From NCBI GenBank assembly GCA_963720465.1, contig OY970393.1:96001-160000 (forward strand): a DNA stretch of 64,000 bases, in the 5' to 3' direction. Position 1 is the first letter of the stretch. Each line of letters opens with the position of its first letter. Shown here in pieces: positions 19,607 through 29,326 of the stretch. The notes below the pieces were generated by a model. That model was not told where the DNA came from. It made no database searches and saw only the letters and a list, made by a program, of their open reading frames with translations. Position numbers and translations under genes: made by a program. Source of the stretch: Methanobacteriota archaeon. GTDB lineage: Archaea; Halobacteriota; Bog-38; Methanoflorentales; Methanoflorentaceae.

Positions 19607-21313
19607 TTGAGTGAAATATTAGTCAAAAACGGATACGTCTACGATCCTAAAAATGGCGTGAACGGCGATGTCATGGACATTGCCATTCGCGACGACAAGA
19701 TAGTGGACAAAGTCTCTCCTAACGCCAAAGTCATCGATGCTAGCGGCAAAGTGGTGATGGCAGGCGGAATAGACATACACGCCCACATCGCCGGTCCCAA
19801 AATAAACGTTGGCCGTATAATGAGGCCCGAGGACAAGCTGTTTCACACGAAGAAGCTATCCAAAATGACGCGATCGGGTGGTGGATTCTCGGTTCCGTCG
19901 GTGTTTGAGACCGGCTACGTGTATTCCCGCATGGGCTACACCCAAGCGAACGAGGCGGCAATGCCACCGCTAATGGCTCGGCACACGCACGATGAAATTG
20001 GAGACACACCGCTGATCGATCAGTCGGCCTACACGCTGCTCGGCAACAACTGGCTCGTGATGGAGTACATCAAAAATGGCGAGAAAGACAAACTCAACGC
20101 CTTCGTTGCGTGGATGCTCCAGGCGACGAAGGGATATTGCGTCAAGCTTGTGAATCCCGGCGGCTCAGAGGCGTGGGGATGGGGCATGAACTGTGTCGAC
20201 GTCTCCGATCCCGTCCCGTATTTCGATGTGATGCCATCTGAGATCATCACCGGGCTTGCTGAAGCGAATGAGGCTTTGAACCTACCGACCTCGATTCACC
20301 TCCACTGTAATAACCTAGGACATCCCGGTAACTACACAACTACGCTTGATACGATCAAACTCCTTGAGGGAGTCCTGCCAAGGAACGCAAAAACCCGGGA
20401 CCAAGTGATCAACTTCGCCCACATGCAGTTCCACGCGTATGGAGGCACCACGTGGAAAGACTTTGAAACCGAGGCCGAAAAGGTCGCTGACCGCATAAAC
20501 AAGAACAAGAATATGACGGTCGACGTGGGGTTCGTCACGCTTGACGAGACGACCACGATGACGGCTGACGGTCCGATGGAGTACTACCTCCACAACACGA
20601 ACCACCTCAAATGGTGTAACGACGACATCGAACTCGAAACCGCAGCGGGCGTTGTGCCCTACGTCTATAGCCCGAAGATTCACGTGTGTGGCATCCAGTG
20701 GGCGATTGGGCTCGAGCTGGCGCTTCTTATCGACGACCCAATGCAGGCGTTCATTACGACCGATCATCCCAATGCCGGACCTTTCAGGCGGTATCCACGG
20801 ATCATCAGCTGGCTTATGTCAAATCAAGCTCGGCTGGATCGACTTGAGACGTTGCATAAGTGGGTACCTGATCGGACAGCCATCGGAGGGATCTCTCGCG
20901 TATTTGACTTCTACGATATTGCCAAGATGACGCGCGCAGGTCCTGCGCGAGCGCTAGGACTTGGCGATATGAAGGGTAATCTGGGGGTCGGCGCTGACGC
21001 TGATGTCGCGATATACGATTACGACCCAAAGACTATGGATCCCACAACTGACCCTGCAGGCATTGAAAAGGCGTTCAAAGACACAGCGTACACGATTAAA
21101 GGCGGAGACATCGTTGTGATTGACGGAGAAGTTGTGAGCAAGGGCAACAAGCGGACGATCTGGGTCGACGCCACTAACGGCACAATGGATCCAGTGGTGA
21201 TGCACGACATCGACAAGAAGTTCTTAAGGTTCTACAGTGTCACGATGGCCAACTACCCGGTCCAAGACTCGTACGTGGACAACGGTCTAGTCGTTAAACC
21301 GGAGGCGGTGTAA
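19607..21313 (+). CDS. fwdA: Formylmethanofuran dehydrogenase subunit A (amidohydrolase)
   Basis: GGIDIHAHIAGPK, EAAMPP, KLVNPGG, HLHCNNLGHPGN and TTDHPNAGPF motifs. Confidence 0.96.
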   Translation: MSEILVKNGYVYDPKNGVNGDVMDIAIRDDKIVDKVSPNAKVIDASGKVVMAGGIDIHAHIAGPKINVGRIMRPEDKLFHTKKLSKMTRSGGGFSVPSVFETGYVYSRMGYTQANEAAMPPLMARHTHDEIGDTPLIDQSAYTLLGNNWLVMEYIKNGEKDKLNAFVAWMLQATKGYCVKLVNPGGSEAWGWGMNCVDVSDPVPYFDVMPSEIITGLAEANEALNLPTSIHLHCNNLGHPGNYTTTLDTIKLLEGVLPRNAKTRDQVINFAHMQFHAYGGTTWKDFETEAEKVADRINKNKNMTVDVGFVTLDETTTMTADGPMEYYLHNTNHLKWCNDDIELETAAGVVPYVYSPKIHVCGIQWAIGLELALLIDDPMQAFITTDHPNAGPFRRYPRIISWLMSNQARLDRLETLHKWVPDRTAIGGISRVFDFYDIAKMTRAGPARALGLGDMKGNLGVGADADVAIYDYDPKTMDPTTDPAGIEKAFKDTAYTIKGGDIVVIDGEVVSKGNKRTIWVDATNGTMDPVVMHDIDKKFLRFYSVTMANYPVQDSYVDNGLVVKPEAV

Positions 21314-21409
21314 GTCAAGAAGCTCCCCGGCGTTATTAGCCAGAGGGACGATCAATCGACTCCGACCGCAAGTCGCGCCAGTAAAGGTCTATCAAGGACC
21401 GTGGCGTGT

Positions 21410-21455
21410 ATGCAGGAGCGTAAAACGCTCTGCATCTTTCTTTTTTATCTTTTTA
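21410..21455 (+). terminator. Hairpin plus T-rich terminator of the fwd/hdr operon
   Basis: atgcaggagcg-taaaa-cgctctgcat followed by tttcttttttatcttttt. Confidence 0.65.
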
Positions 21456-21754
21456 TGGTTCTTTGCCTCTTAGAGGGGCTTCTGCCACCACCACGTCTTA
21501 TACCAGTTCGTTAAAGCTACTGAACACGTATTTGACGCTTTCCAGCTACACGCGCCAAACCTAAAGCATTTCCCAAGATTGAAAGCATCGCTTAAACCAT
21601 GGCGAAGCAGGAACTGCAGGAACAGTTTAAGCAAGCCGGAAGCTTCTAAATACTACTTAGCTCTTTAAGCTCCAAGGAAAACTGACTGGCCGAGCAGCCG
21701 ATTAGCTCTGCCACACTGAAATTTATACGAGTTATCGCATAAATTACAAGTGTT

Positions 21755-22252
21755 ATGTTTATGTGTGACAAATACCAAATGGATGCATATCGCGCGCGCG
21801 GCATGCTGCCCCACTGCGAAGTGCTTTGTGGTGAGGATTGCACCAATCACCTAGACACGGGCACGTATTGTGAGCATCTGTATCTTTTGGTCCAGGACCA
21901 GAGTGACCTCGTTTACAGAAGTCTAGGTATCCCCGCAGTAGACGATCCAAAGGCCATTCTTGGCGCGCAAATGGACAACGTCGCCAAACGTGTCAACCGG
22001 GTCGGCGCCGACTATATAATGGACAGTGCTTTTGATATCTCATGTATCCTCGCTGAGCTGTCGAAGGCGGGTGCTTTGAATATCTCTGAGAATCTGATAA
22101 GCGATATCGCGTATACAGTCACACTGGGCCTCTTTCTCGATAATCCAGAGGATACGCTAGATCCCAAAATGTTTCGTGTACTGGGAGCGCTTAAGAAAAT
22201 ATTCCCGGAACAGTTTGCGATGCGCACCGCTGAAAATGGGCAAGACTTTTAA
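21755..22252 (+). CDS. Hypothetical protein with a Cys/His-rich N-terminus
   Basis: 165-aa ORF with a TTTATA box about 30 nt upstream; no family recognised. Confidence 0.65.
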   Translation: MFMCDKYQMDAYRARGMLPHCEVLCGEDCTNHLDTGTYCEHLYLLVQDQSDLVYRSLGIPAVDDPKAILGAQMDNVAKRVNRVGADYIMDSAFDISCILAELSKAGALNISENLISDIAYTVTLGLFLDNPEDTLDPKMFRVLGALKKIFPEQFAMRTAENGQDF

Positions 22253-22376
22253 TAAACGAACCTTTCCATCTGATTTAACAGCCACTTTAAGCTTCTCGCC
22301 TGCCACAGCTTCGAAAGCGAACCTGGTTGCTGTCTGCCTGCTCAGTTGTCCAGCTTGCGTGCTTCGCGGAAGCGCC

Positions 22377-22922
22377 TTACAGACTGAGAAGCAGCCCAGT
22401 TACAAACGGAATGGTGATGTTATCATCAAGATTGGGTGGCGTAATCAGTTCAATAGCTGCTGCGATTAATGCAACTAGTGCTGCTTTTGTTGGCGCAACA
22501 AAAAAAAACAGTATCGCAAAAGCGCAAACAAAAAATGTGAGCGTGCCTTCAAATGTCTTCTTCTTGAACAGTACGTGTTTGCCCGCGTAGTGGCCGGCGA
22601 TCGTCGCCAGGCTGTCAGCTATAGCAAGCACGAGTATGCTAAGAGCGGCATAAAGCGGTGCGAAGAGCAGGACAGCAATGAACGTTCCGACAAAAAAAGT
22701 GATTGCTCCCTTTGCTGTGAATCTGCTCGGCCTGTCAAAGCGCGTGAACAGCCAGGTCAATAAAGTAATGTCGTACCTTTGATAGAGAAAGGAAGCGACG
22801 ACCAACGCACCAATGAGCACCGCGTTGCAGATAAGTACTAGCGCGTGCGGGAGTGAAACGACCAACAACGCAAAAAACGTGCCGAGCAGCAAATGCGCTA
22901 TATTACGCCGCAATTCGAGCAT
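22377..22922 (-). CDS. Dolichol/phytol kinase-like membrane protein (SEC59/DGK1/VTE5 family)
   Basis: RRNIAH, ADSLATIAG, KKTFEGT and LDDNITIP motifs; multiple TM segments. Confidence 0.85.
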   Translation of the reverse strand: MLELRRNIAHLLLGTFFALLVVSLPHALVLICNAVLIGALVVASFLYQRYDITLLTWLFTRFDRPSRFTAKGAITFFVGTFIAVLLFAPLYAALSILVLAIADSLATIAGHYAGKHVLFKKKTFEGTLTFFVCAFAILFFFVAPTKAALVALIAAAIELITPPNLDDNITIPFVTGLLLSL

Positions 22923-23131
22923 ACACGCTATAATGCGTCACGGAATAGAAAAGTTTAACCGGAACAGCGCATGCAATGAAGTGAAGATCTGCCGCAAGAA
23001 TTCTAGCTTTACGGCTTGCAGAAGGAATTTCAACAGTGTCAGATCTTAAACAGTTCAATCGCTACGTGCGCGTGCATACTCGAGACAAACAACGCTGAGG
23101 CACGCCGGTTAGGGGGTTTCAAAGGTCGCTG

Positions 23132-23614
23132 ATGGTTCAATTGATACCGGGGTTGCTATATGTTATTGTGCTCACCGCGGTATTTACGGTGCTTTTGGTG
23201 AGCTTGACGGCGGTATCGCTTCTCTCGCAAGCCCGAGCTATAGTGCGTCAGCGATACCTCGGCCCAGTCGTTAGCAAAAGAAACGTCTACAAAGTAGCGA
23301 AGCTTCGACCAATTCGTGCGACAGTGACCGCCGTCTTGCTACAGGTGAAAGATATAGAAACAAATCGCTTGCTAACCACGTTCAAAAGGCCAGCAGCGAT
23401 GAAGCTCTATGAGCAATGCTTTTACATTAAGCCCTATTTTACGTCCGGTGCGTACCTCATACGGGTCAACGATATCGCCAACGTGTCAATCACAAGCAAC
23501 GCGCTTGTGGTTACATTTGCGCACGAGGATCGCGTTATAGCGCTGCAATGCAGGGCCTCCAACATCTCTAAGTGGCGCGACTCATTACATTTGGTGATTT
23601 CAACTCACAAATAG
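23132..23614 (+). CDS. Hypothetical membrane-anchored protein
   Basis: N-terminal TM helix followed by a soluble beta-rich domain. Confidence 0.55.
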   Translation: MVQLIPGLLYVIVLTAVFTVLLVSLTAVSLLSQARAIVRQRYLGPVVSKRNVYKVAKLRPIRATVTAVLLQVKDIETNRLLTTFKRPAAMKLYEQCFYIKPYFTSGAYLIRVNDIANVSITSNALVVTFAHEDRVIALQCRASNISKWRDSLHLVISTHK

Positions 23615-23662
23615 CATTATAAACAATAAGTCTGATTACCTACTACGGCGATCGGCGGAGAA

Positions 23663-23956
23663 ATGTCCCAGATCAAGCGAATAGTCCTAGACGTATTGAA
23701 ACCTCACGAACCTACTAACGTCGAGGTTGCAAGCGCGATCGGAGATATAAGAGACGTCGACGGAGTCAATTTGAGCCTCTACGAGGTCGATCAACAGACT
23801 GAAAATGTAAAAATCACGGTTGAGGGCACCGACGTTAACTTCGACTTGGTTCTGCAGACTATTGAGAATCTAGGAGGCGTCGTTCACAGCGTCGACGAGA
23901 TCATCGCTGGCAAGAAAATCGTCGAAGAAGAAGAAACGCTTCACGATCGTGGATGA
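23663..23956 (+). CDS. DUF211 family protein
   Basis: [14 protein letters not shown] and [10 protein letters not shown] motifs. Confidence 0.9.
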   Translation: MSQIKRIVLDVLKPHEPTNVEVASAIGDIRDVDGVNLSLYEVDQQTENVKITVEGTDVNFDLVLQTIENLGGVVHSVDEIIAGKKIVEEEETLHDRG

Positions 23957-24555
23957 ACTTCAGTCAGTTTTTCTCTTTTGCTGAGTTCCGCAGGGAAGCT
24001 ACCCCAGGTACTATTGCGTTCATGAGCTTCAATATCGAGGAAGGGCGCTATATAATCCTTGGATCCATCGATGGACTTCTTGCCACCCTTGGAATCATTA
24101 TCGGCGTTTCAGTGGTGAGCGCTTCTAACGCGGTTATCCTCAGCGCCGCTTTTGGAGGGGCGATCGCCCTCGCGCTAACCAACGGCGTGGGGTCCTATCT
24201 TGCAGAGAGCACAATTGAGCACGGCAAGCTTGCTATAACCGAGAGATCGCTTCTGCGGAAGCTGAACAACACGTACGTCGAATCTCAAAGCCGGCGAAAG
24301 ATCGCAAAGGACGCCTTATCATCAGGAGGGGCCAGCTTTATTGGAAGCTTAATTCCGTTAGCACCGTGGATCTTTTCAGTGGGTTCGGTTGCTGCTTCGG
24401 TCGGGTTGAGCTTGATAAGTCTTGTTGCCTTGGGAATGTATGCGGGGTACATTTCAAGGCAGAGCTATGCAATATCAGTGATCAAGATGGTGGCGTTGGG
24501 GGCGCTTATAGTGATCGCGGTGCAACTGCTCAGGATTAGTCATTTAGTCCAGTAA
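23953..24555 (+). CDS. VIT1/CCC1-family membrane protein, partner of DUF211
   Basis: [16 protein letters not shown] and GSYLAE motifs; ATGA overlap with the DUF211 gene. Confidence 0.85.
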   Translation: MNFSQFFSFAEFRREATPGTIAFMSFNIEEGRYIILGSIDGLLATLGIIIGVSVVSASNAVILSAAFGGAIALALTNGVGSYLAESTIEHGKLAITERSLLRKLNNTYVESQSRRKIAKDALSSGGASFIGSLIPLAPWIFSVGSVAASVGLSLISLVALGMYAGYISRQSYAISVIKMVALGALIVIAVQLLRISHLVQ

Positions 24556-24640
24556 GCGCGACTGGTTTAGTGTGCTGCAGGCATAAGCTTAACAACGGAT
24601 TCACGCTCTGTAATATCACTAAGAATTGAGGGCATGACTT

Positions 24641-25192
24641 TTGAAAGACGAAATCGCGAAATGTATGGGGTGGCTATTCAAGCGGGGTCTCACATCGACG
24701 TTGAGTGGCAATCTAAGTGCACGGGTCGATGACGTTGTTTACATCTCCCCAACGAAGGTTCCCAGCTATCAAGTTCGGGTCGAAGATGTATCCGTGGTGA
24801 CGATGAAAGGCGACCATCTCGCGGGCAAATCGCCATCGAGCGAAATGCCGACGCATCTCGCAATCTACAAGGTGACAGACGCTAAAGCAATCGTACACGC
24901 TCATTCCCGATTCGCCACGGCACTATCCTGTCTGGGGGGTGACTTGCAATCACCTGACGTCGAAGGCAAACAGCTCTTGGGTCGCATACCGTTGATTCCG
25001 TACGCGCGACCGGGCACCAGTGAACTGGCGGAGGCCGTATCGAGTGGAATTAGGGGTTTTAAAGGCGCACTTTTGGAGAATCACGGGCTAGTTGCTGTCG
25101 GAGCGGACCTCGAAGAAGCCTATATAGTGGCCGAAGGCATCGAAAGAGCGGCTCAGCTTGTCTTCGATTTAAGCTTGTTTAGTCGCCAATGA
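24641..25192 (+). CDS. Class II aldolase/adducin family protein (L-fuculose-phosphate aldolase-like)
   Basis: SGNLSAR, PSSEMPTHLAIY, VHAHS and LLENHG motifs. Confidence 0.9.
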   Translation: MKDEIAKCMGWLFKRGLTSTLSGNLSARVDDVVYISPTKVPSYQVRVEDVSVVTMKGDHLAGKSPSSEMPTHLAIYKVTDAKAIVHAHSRFATALSCLGGDLQSPDVEGKQLLGRIPLIPYARPGTSELAEAVSSGIRGFKGALLENHGLVAVGADLEEAYIVAEGIERAAQLVFDLSLFSRQ

Positions 25193-25598
25193 ATTGGACT
25201 ATGATCGTTCGGTTGCGAGGCCGGACATCGAGTTCGATGAACACGAGCTGCTGCCATGTGCCCAGCATTAACGTGTTGTTCGAGAAAGGAATTGTCACGC
25301 TTGGCTTCAGAAATGCTGCCCTGATATGAGAATGCCCGTTTCCATCGTGCCATCGCTGGTCGTGTTCATAGTGACTGTTTCTTGGAGCGATGCGGTCGAG
25401 TGCTTTCGTCATATCCGCGACGAGGCCGGGCTCATATTCGATCGTCGTCACGGTTGCTGTAGAGCCCGGGACAAAAACTGTAGCCAACCCTTCTTGGAAG
25501 TCGCTCTTTGCAAGCAGCTTGCGAACCTCGCTTGTTATGTCGATTATCTGAACACCGGCCGTGGTGTCTATCGCGATGTGTTCTGTCTTAGTCGTCAT
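25179..25598 (-). CDS. YjbQ/UPF0047 family protein
   Basis: IIDITSEV, DGNGHSHIRA and LGTWQQLVFIELD motifs. Confidence 0.92.
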   Translation of the reverse strand: MTTKTEHIAIDTTAGVQIIDITSEVRKLLAKSDFQEGLATVFVPGSTATVTTIEYEPGLVADMTKALDRIAPRNSHYEHDQRWHDGNGHSHIRAAFLKPSVTIPFSNNTLMLGTWQQLVFIELDVRPRNRTIIVQFIGD

Positions 25599-25675
25599 AT
25601 GTACGCCGTGTGTTTACGTGGATCATGTTAGTCATGGTGTAAAAAGTTCTTCAGCAATAATTTGCCGTGCAGCGT

Positions 25676-25849
25676 TTATTCGTAGGCAGCAATTCTAATC
25701 CCTGCGACACTTACAATTATGAGAAATATGAGTATTACGAGTATATACCCGAGCGGCCCGGCGCCAGACAGCGTGACGGAGAGCAACAAGACCGCGAAAA
25801 ACGCGACAGAAATAATTAAGGCCACTACTTCGAGCACCATCCTTTGCAT
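25676..25849 (-). CDS. Small two-TM membrane protein
   Basis: Two hydrophobic helices; fills the intergenic gap. Confidence 0.55.
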   Translation of the reverse strand: MQRMVLEVVALIISVAFFAVLLLSVTLSGAGPLGYILVILIFLIIVSVAGIRIAAYE

Positions 25850-25918
25850 AAAGGTTAAAAACACTTACAGTGAGATATGTTTTGCTGTATACGCAACTGA
25901 AGGGGCGTGATAATCAAG

Positions 25919-26410
25919 ATGAGGTTATTGCCGAAAAAAATATTTTTTACAACCGGCGCTGGAACACACAAAGAGAACCTTGAAAGCTTCGAAATGGCTT
26001 TGAGGGACGCAGGCATCGAGAAGTATAATCTTGTTAGTGTTAGTTCGATATTGCCGCCAAATTGCGAGATTGTTATTAAGGATAAAGGACTAAGCGAGCT
26101 GCGTCCAGGAGAGATTGTTTTTTGCGTCATGTCGAGACACGCATCGAACGAGCCTAATAGTAGAGTCTCGGCCTCTTTAGGCTGCGCCATTCCTAAGAAT
26201 CCAAATGGATTTGGTTATATATCGGAACATCACGCTTTTGGCGAAACCCCAGAGAGTTCAGGCGTCTACGCCGAAAAACTCGCTTCCAGCATGTACGAGA
26301 CGTGGACCGATTCAAAGCCGAAAGAAACCTTTAACATTTCATCGTCTGAAGTCGTCCGCGAAGGCGGCTTATGGACCACCGTGGTGTCTGTCGCGGTAAT
26401 GGTTTTGTAG
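25919..26410 (+). CDS. pdaD: Pyruvoyl-dependent arginine decarboxylase
   Basis: SFEMALRDAGIEKYNLVSVSSILP (Ser-Ser self-cleavage site), GYISEHH and WTTVV motifs. Confidence 0.93.
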   Translation: MRLLPKKIFFTTGAGTHKENLESFEMALRDAGIEKYNLVSVSSILPPNCEIVIKDKGLSELRPGEIVFCVMSRHASNEPNSRVSASLGCAIPKNPNGFGYISEHHAFGETPESSGVYAEKLASSMYETWTDSKPKETFNISSSEVVREGGLWTTVVSVAVMVL

Positions 26411-26438
26411 ACAAACGCTAAGGGCAGGGGGATCAGCA

Positions 26439-26909
26439 GTGGAGTTTGAGTGTCTAAACTGTAGTGAACGAATTAGCGGAGAGGAGCTAATTGACGGCCG
26501 CTGTCCCATATGCGGGTGGCGTCACGATGAGCATAGCTCGAAGGTGCACGAGATTGACCCTAGTCTGCTGATGCTTTTTTGCCAATTTGTCAGACGCGTA
26601 GAGGATTCACTTGCCAATCAAGCTCCCATTGACAGCAGCCGGCGAAAAGAGGGTCGCATCTTATTCAAAAATCCAGCAGATCGAAAGCCCTTGCACAGCT
26701 TCAATTTAGTAACGACTCGATTCGACCAGATAAGAATTAAGAAATGTCACTACTGTGGGCGGTATCATTTTAGGGTTGGAAACAAGCTGTTGGAAGTGCA
26801 AGAGTTGGGCCCAAAGTCAACGTATCGTAAAGTCTATGCGTGTCCGAAGTGCGAACAAACACGTTCAGTCGGCCACGCATTCTACGTTAACCAAATGACC
26901 AACTCTTAG
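26439..26909 (+). CDS. Hypothetical double zinc-ribbon protein
   Basis: CLNC..CPIC and CHYC..CPKC pairs. Confidence 0.6.
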   Translation: MEFECLNCSERISGEELIDGRCPICGWRHDEHSSKVHEIDPSLLMLFCQFVRRVEDSLANQAPIDSSRRKEGRILFKNPADRKPLHSFNLVTTRFDQIRIKKCHYCGRYHFRVGNKLLEVQELGPKSTYRKVYACPKCEQTRSVGHAFYVNQMTNS

Positions 26910-27116
26910 TCTGTCCGTTCGCCGAAAGGAACGCGTATAGTATCCTCCCGCGTGCATTATTTTTTAAACGCTTCAGATGCGCAGTCTAAAAGGCGGTTGC
27001 GATACAGATCTGTTTTGACGACGCACCGCCTCAGGACCTTCTTCAAGTAATATCGAGTTAAACGCGATTGACAGAGCACAGGGTACGCATAAACTCGGTG
27101 GAGCTCCCTCATTGAC

Positions 27117-27974
27117 GTGGTTAACGATAGCGAAATGAATCCAGTACCAAAAAACTGCGACTTAAGCCCTTCGGCGATCGAACGTTTTCGAGAAACGATC
27201 TATCAACATTATCGGAAACATGGTCGAATACTGCCATGGAGGCTGACCCGCGATCCGTACAAAATACTGGTTTCAGAACTAATGCTGCAACAGACTCAAG
27301 CTGACAGAGTTGTTGCGAAATATGAGTCGTTTTTGCGCGAATTTCCAAATTTTGCCGCGCTCTCGCGCGCTCGATTACAAAACGTACTCGAACTATGGCA
27401 CGGTTTGGGGTATAACAAGCGAGCACTTGCTCTGAAGCGCATAGCTCAAATCGTTGACACAAAATTCGACGGAAAGCTGCCGTCTGACTACGCGGCTTTA
27501 GTGCAATTACCAGGCGTTGGACGGACCACTGCCTGTGCCGTCCGCGCTTTCGTATTTGACGCGCCCGAGGTTTTCATCGAAACAAACATTAGAGCTGTGT
27601 TCATCCACGCATTTTTCGCCGACGCGGAAAGCGTGAAAGACGATGAGATTTACCCTTTCGTTGAGTGTACTCTCGATCGATCAGATCCGCGCGTATGGTA
27701 CTATGCGCTCATGGACTATGGCGTGATGCTCAAGAAGAAGTTCAAGAATCCAAGCCGAAAGAGCGCTCATCATAAGAAGCAAGCCCCCTTCAAGCGCTCC
27801 AACAGGCAATTGCGCGGGCAAATCCTTGCTCTGATCATCACTCACCCCGACATGACCGAAACTGAGCTGCTGCGGCGGCTCACCGCTGATCCTGAGCCGA
27901 TCTTGCGCAATCTAAAAAAACTAGAAGAAGAGGGCTTTTTCAAGCGCCAGCAGACTAAGTTCGTTATCGGTTAG
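27117..27974 (+). CDS. mutY: MutY-like A/G-specific adenine glycosylase (HhH-GPD), short Fe-S-less type
   Basis: LPWRLTRDPYKILVSELMLQQTQ, WHGLGY, LPGVG and ALMDYG motifs; no Cys cluster motif. Confidence 0.85.
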   Translation: MVNDSEMNPVPKNCDLSPSAIERFRETIYQHYRKHGRILPWRLTRDPYKILVSELMLQQTQADRVVAKYESFLREFPNFAALSRARLQNVLELWHGLGYNKRALALKRIAQIVDTKFDGKLPSDYAALVQLPGVGRTTACAVRAFVFDAPEVFIETNIRAVFIHAFFADAESVKDDEIYPFVECTLDRSDPRVWYYALMDYGVMLKKKFKNPSRKSAHHKKQAPFKRSNRQLRGQILALIITHPDMTETELLRRLTADPEPILRNLKKLEEEGFFKRQQTKFVIG

Positions 27975-28072
27975 TCAAGCATTAAGAATAAAGGCCGCCT
28001 GCGTTGTCCCCTCATTCGCCTGTGCAGGTGTTGACGGATATCCTTTATAGTAGTAAGAGGAAAGTGCGATTA

Positions 28073-28549
28073 ATGAGCAATTTTGAAAGAGAGCTCGTTA
28101 AGTCATTTAACGGCTTTTTCAAGCAGCGCGACATCGACGCTATTGCATACAGGATGAAACAACACCGCTTTTCGCAACAGATGCTTGATGTTCTAGTGGA
28201 TTCATCCGACCGTGGGCTATACCTTGGCATAGAATGCAAGAGCATCTCGCCCAGCAAAGGTGCCGCAGCGTTGTACTTCTCACAGCACTTTTCTGTAGAC
28301 AAGAAGGGAGAGCATCAGGTCGCCAAAATGCAGGAATTTATTAGGAGATCTGGCAGAATCGGGTATCTGGCCGTAGAATTGAGGATGGGGTCCGGCAAAC
28401 CAAAGACGGCATATTTAATCCCGTGGCCAGATGTGTGGCGTCGCTATAACTCGGGGCAACCGGGTTTCCCGACTGAAGAGATACGAAGAATCAATCCAAT
28501 CGCACACAACGACGGAAAATATGCGCTTGAGGGGCTGTTTGGCCGCTGA
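28073..28549 (+). CDS. Holliday junction resolvase-like PD-(D/E)XK nuclease
   Basis: FERELV..DVLVDS..GIECKS pattern of Hjc-related euryarchaeal proteins. Confidence 0.75.
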   Translation: MSNFERELVKSFNGFFKQRDIDAIAYRMKQHRFSQQMLDVLVDSSDRGLYLGIECKSISPSKGAAALYFSQHFSVDKKGEHQVAKMQEFIRRSGRIGYLAVELRMGSGKPKTAYLIPWPDVWRRYNSGQPGFPTEEIRRINPIAHNDGKYALEGLFGR

Positions 28550-28577
28550 CCAGACGCGAGTCGAGGAGGTGTGCTAA

Positions 28578-29321
28578 ATGACGCTGAAATTCATGTCGTC
28601 GAGAATTGAAGAGCTCATTTATGGTATTACTTTTGATGCAAGAACCGCTACAGGGACAGTCGCATTCAATACCGCAGTGGTAGCTGAAGACGATTTGGAA
28701 CGGGCGTTGAGCATTTTTAAGCTCGTGTACGCCGCGGGGCTCAACGTCGGCCCCTACGTGCGAATTATTGAGGGCGGTAAGAGTTTTAACGGCGTCTCGA
28801 TTCAGAAAGGGTTCAGCGGCATCCTTACCATTTGCAGCATTACCATTGACGGCGTACTCCTAAAAGCTGGTATCCCCGTTAAACCCGTTTGCGGTGGCAT
28901 CGTGCAAGTGACTGAAAAAATACCCATTAGATTCACAGAAACCCTGCGGTACGACGCGACTACACTGGACCCTCTCGACGTGCTGATGTCGCAAGAATTG
29001 ACGTCCGTGTTAGAAATGATCAATACAGGATCTGGCAAGGTGCTCGCAAGTGTCCGAGAAGTGCCCATGGCAGCGAAGAACCACCTTGAGAATCTGCTGT
29101 CGGATTTGATGGAGGCTGAGTTCAAGGGAATATTAGAGGTTGGTGAGCCCAACTCAGATCTGTTAGAAATGCCGGTAAACAGGGGCCATATCGGCGTAGC
29201 AATAATAGGCGGGATAAACTCTATGGCTGCCGTCAGAGAAAGTGGCATTGAGATACAGACAAACGCGATTTCGGGGTTGACAGATATTCGCGATATGAAC
29301 CGTAATCTGCTGTCATTGTAA
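28578..29321 (+). CDS. NrpR regulatory-domain protein (NrpRII/DUF128-like, no HTH)
   Basis: TICSITIDGVLLKAGIPV, TLDPLDVL and GGINSMAAVRE motifs. Confidence 0.85.
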   Translation: MTLKFMSSRIEELIYGITFDARTATGTVAFNTAVVAEDDLERALSIFKLVYAAGLNVGPYVRIIEGGKSFNGVSIQKGFSGILTICSITIDGVLLKAGIPVKPVCGGIVQVTEKIPIRFTETLRYDATTLDPLDVLMSQELTSVLEMINTGSGKVLASVREVPMAAKNHLENLLSDLMEAEFKGILEVGEPNSDLLEMPVNRGHIGVAIIGGINSMAAVRESGIEIQTNAISGLTDIRDMNRNLLSL

Positions 29322-29326
29322 GCGCG

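Noticed and set aside
11203-21313. Selenocysteine recoding in mvhA, hdrA or mvhD, with a SECIS after fwdA
   Set aside because: The relevant positions are Cys and there is no in-frame TGA; the trailer hairpin lacks the GAA/A SECIS core.
21314-21350. IS200/IS605-type end after fwdA
   Set aside because: Only a vague hairpin resemblance; no tnpA/tnpB or second end in the window.
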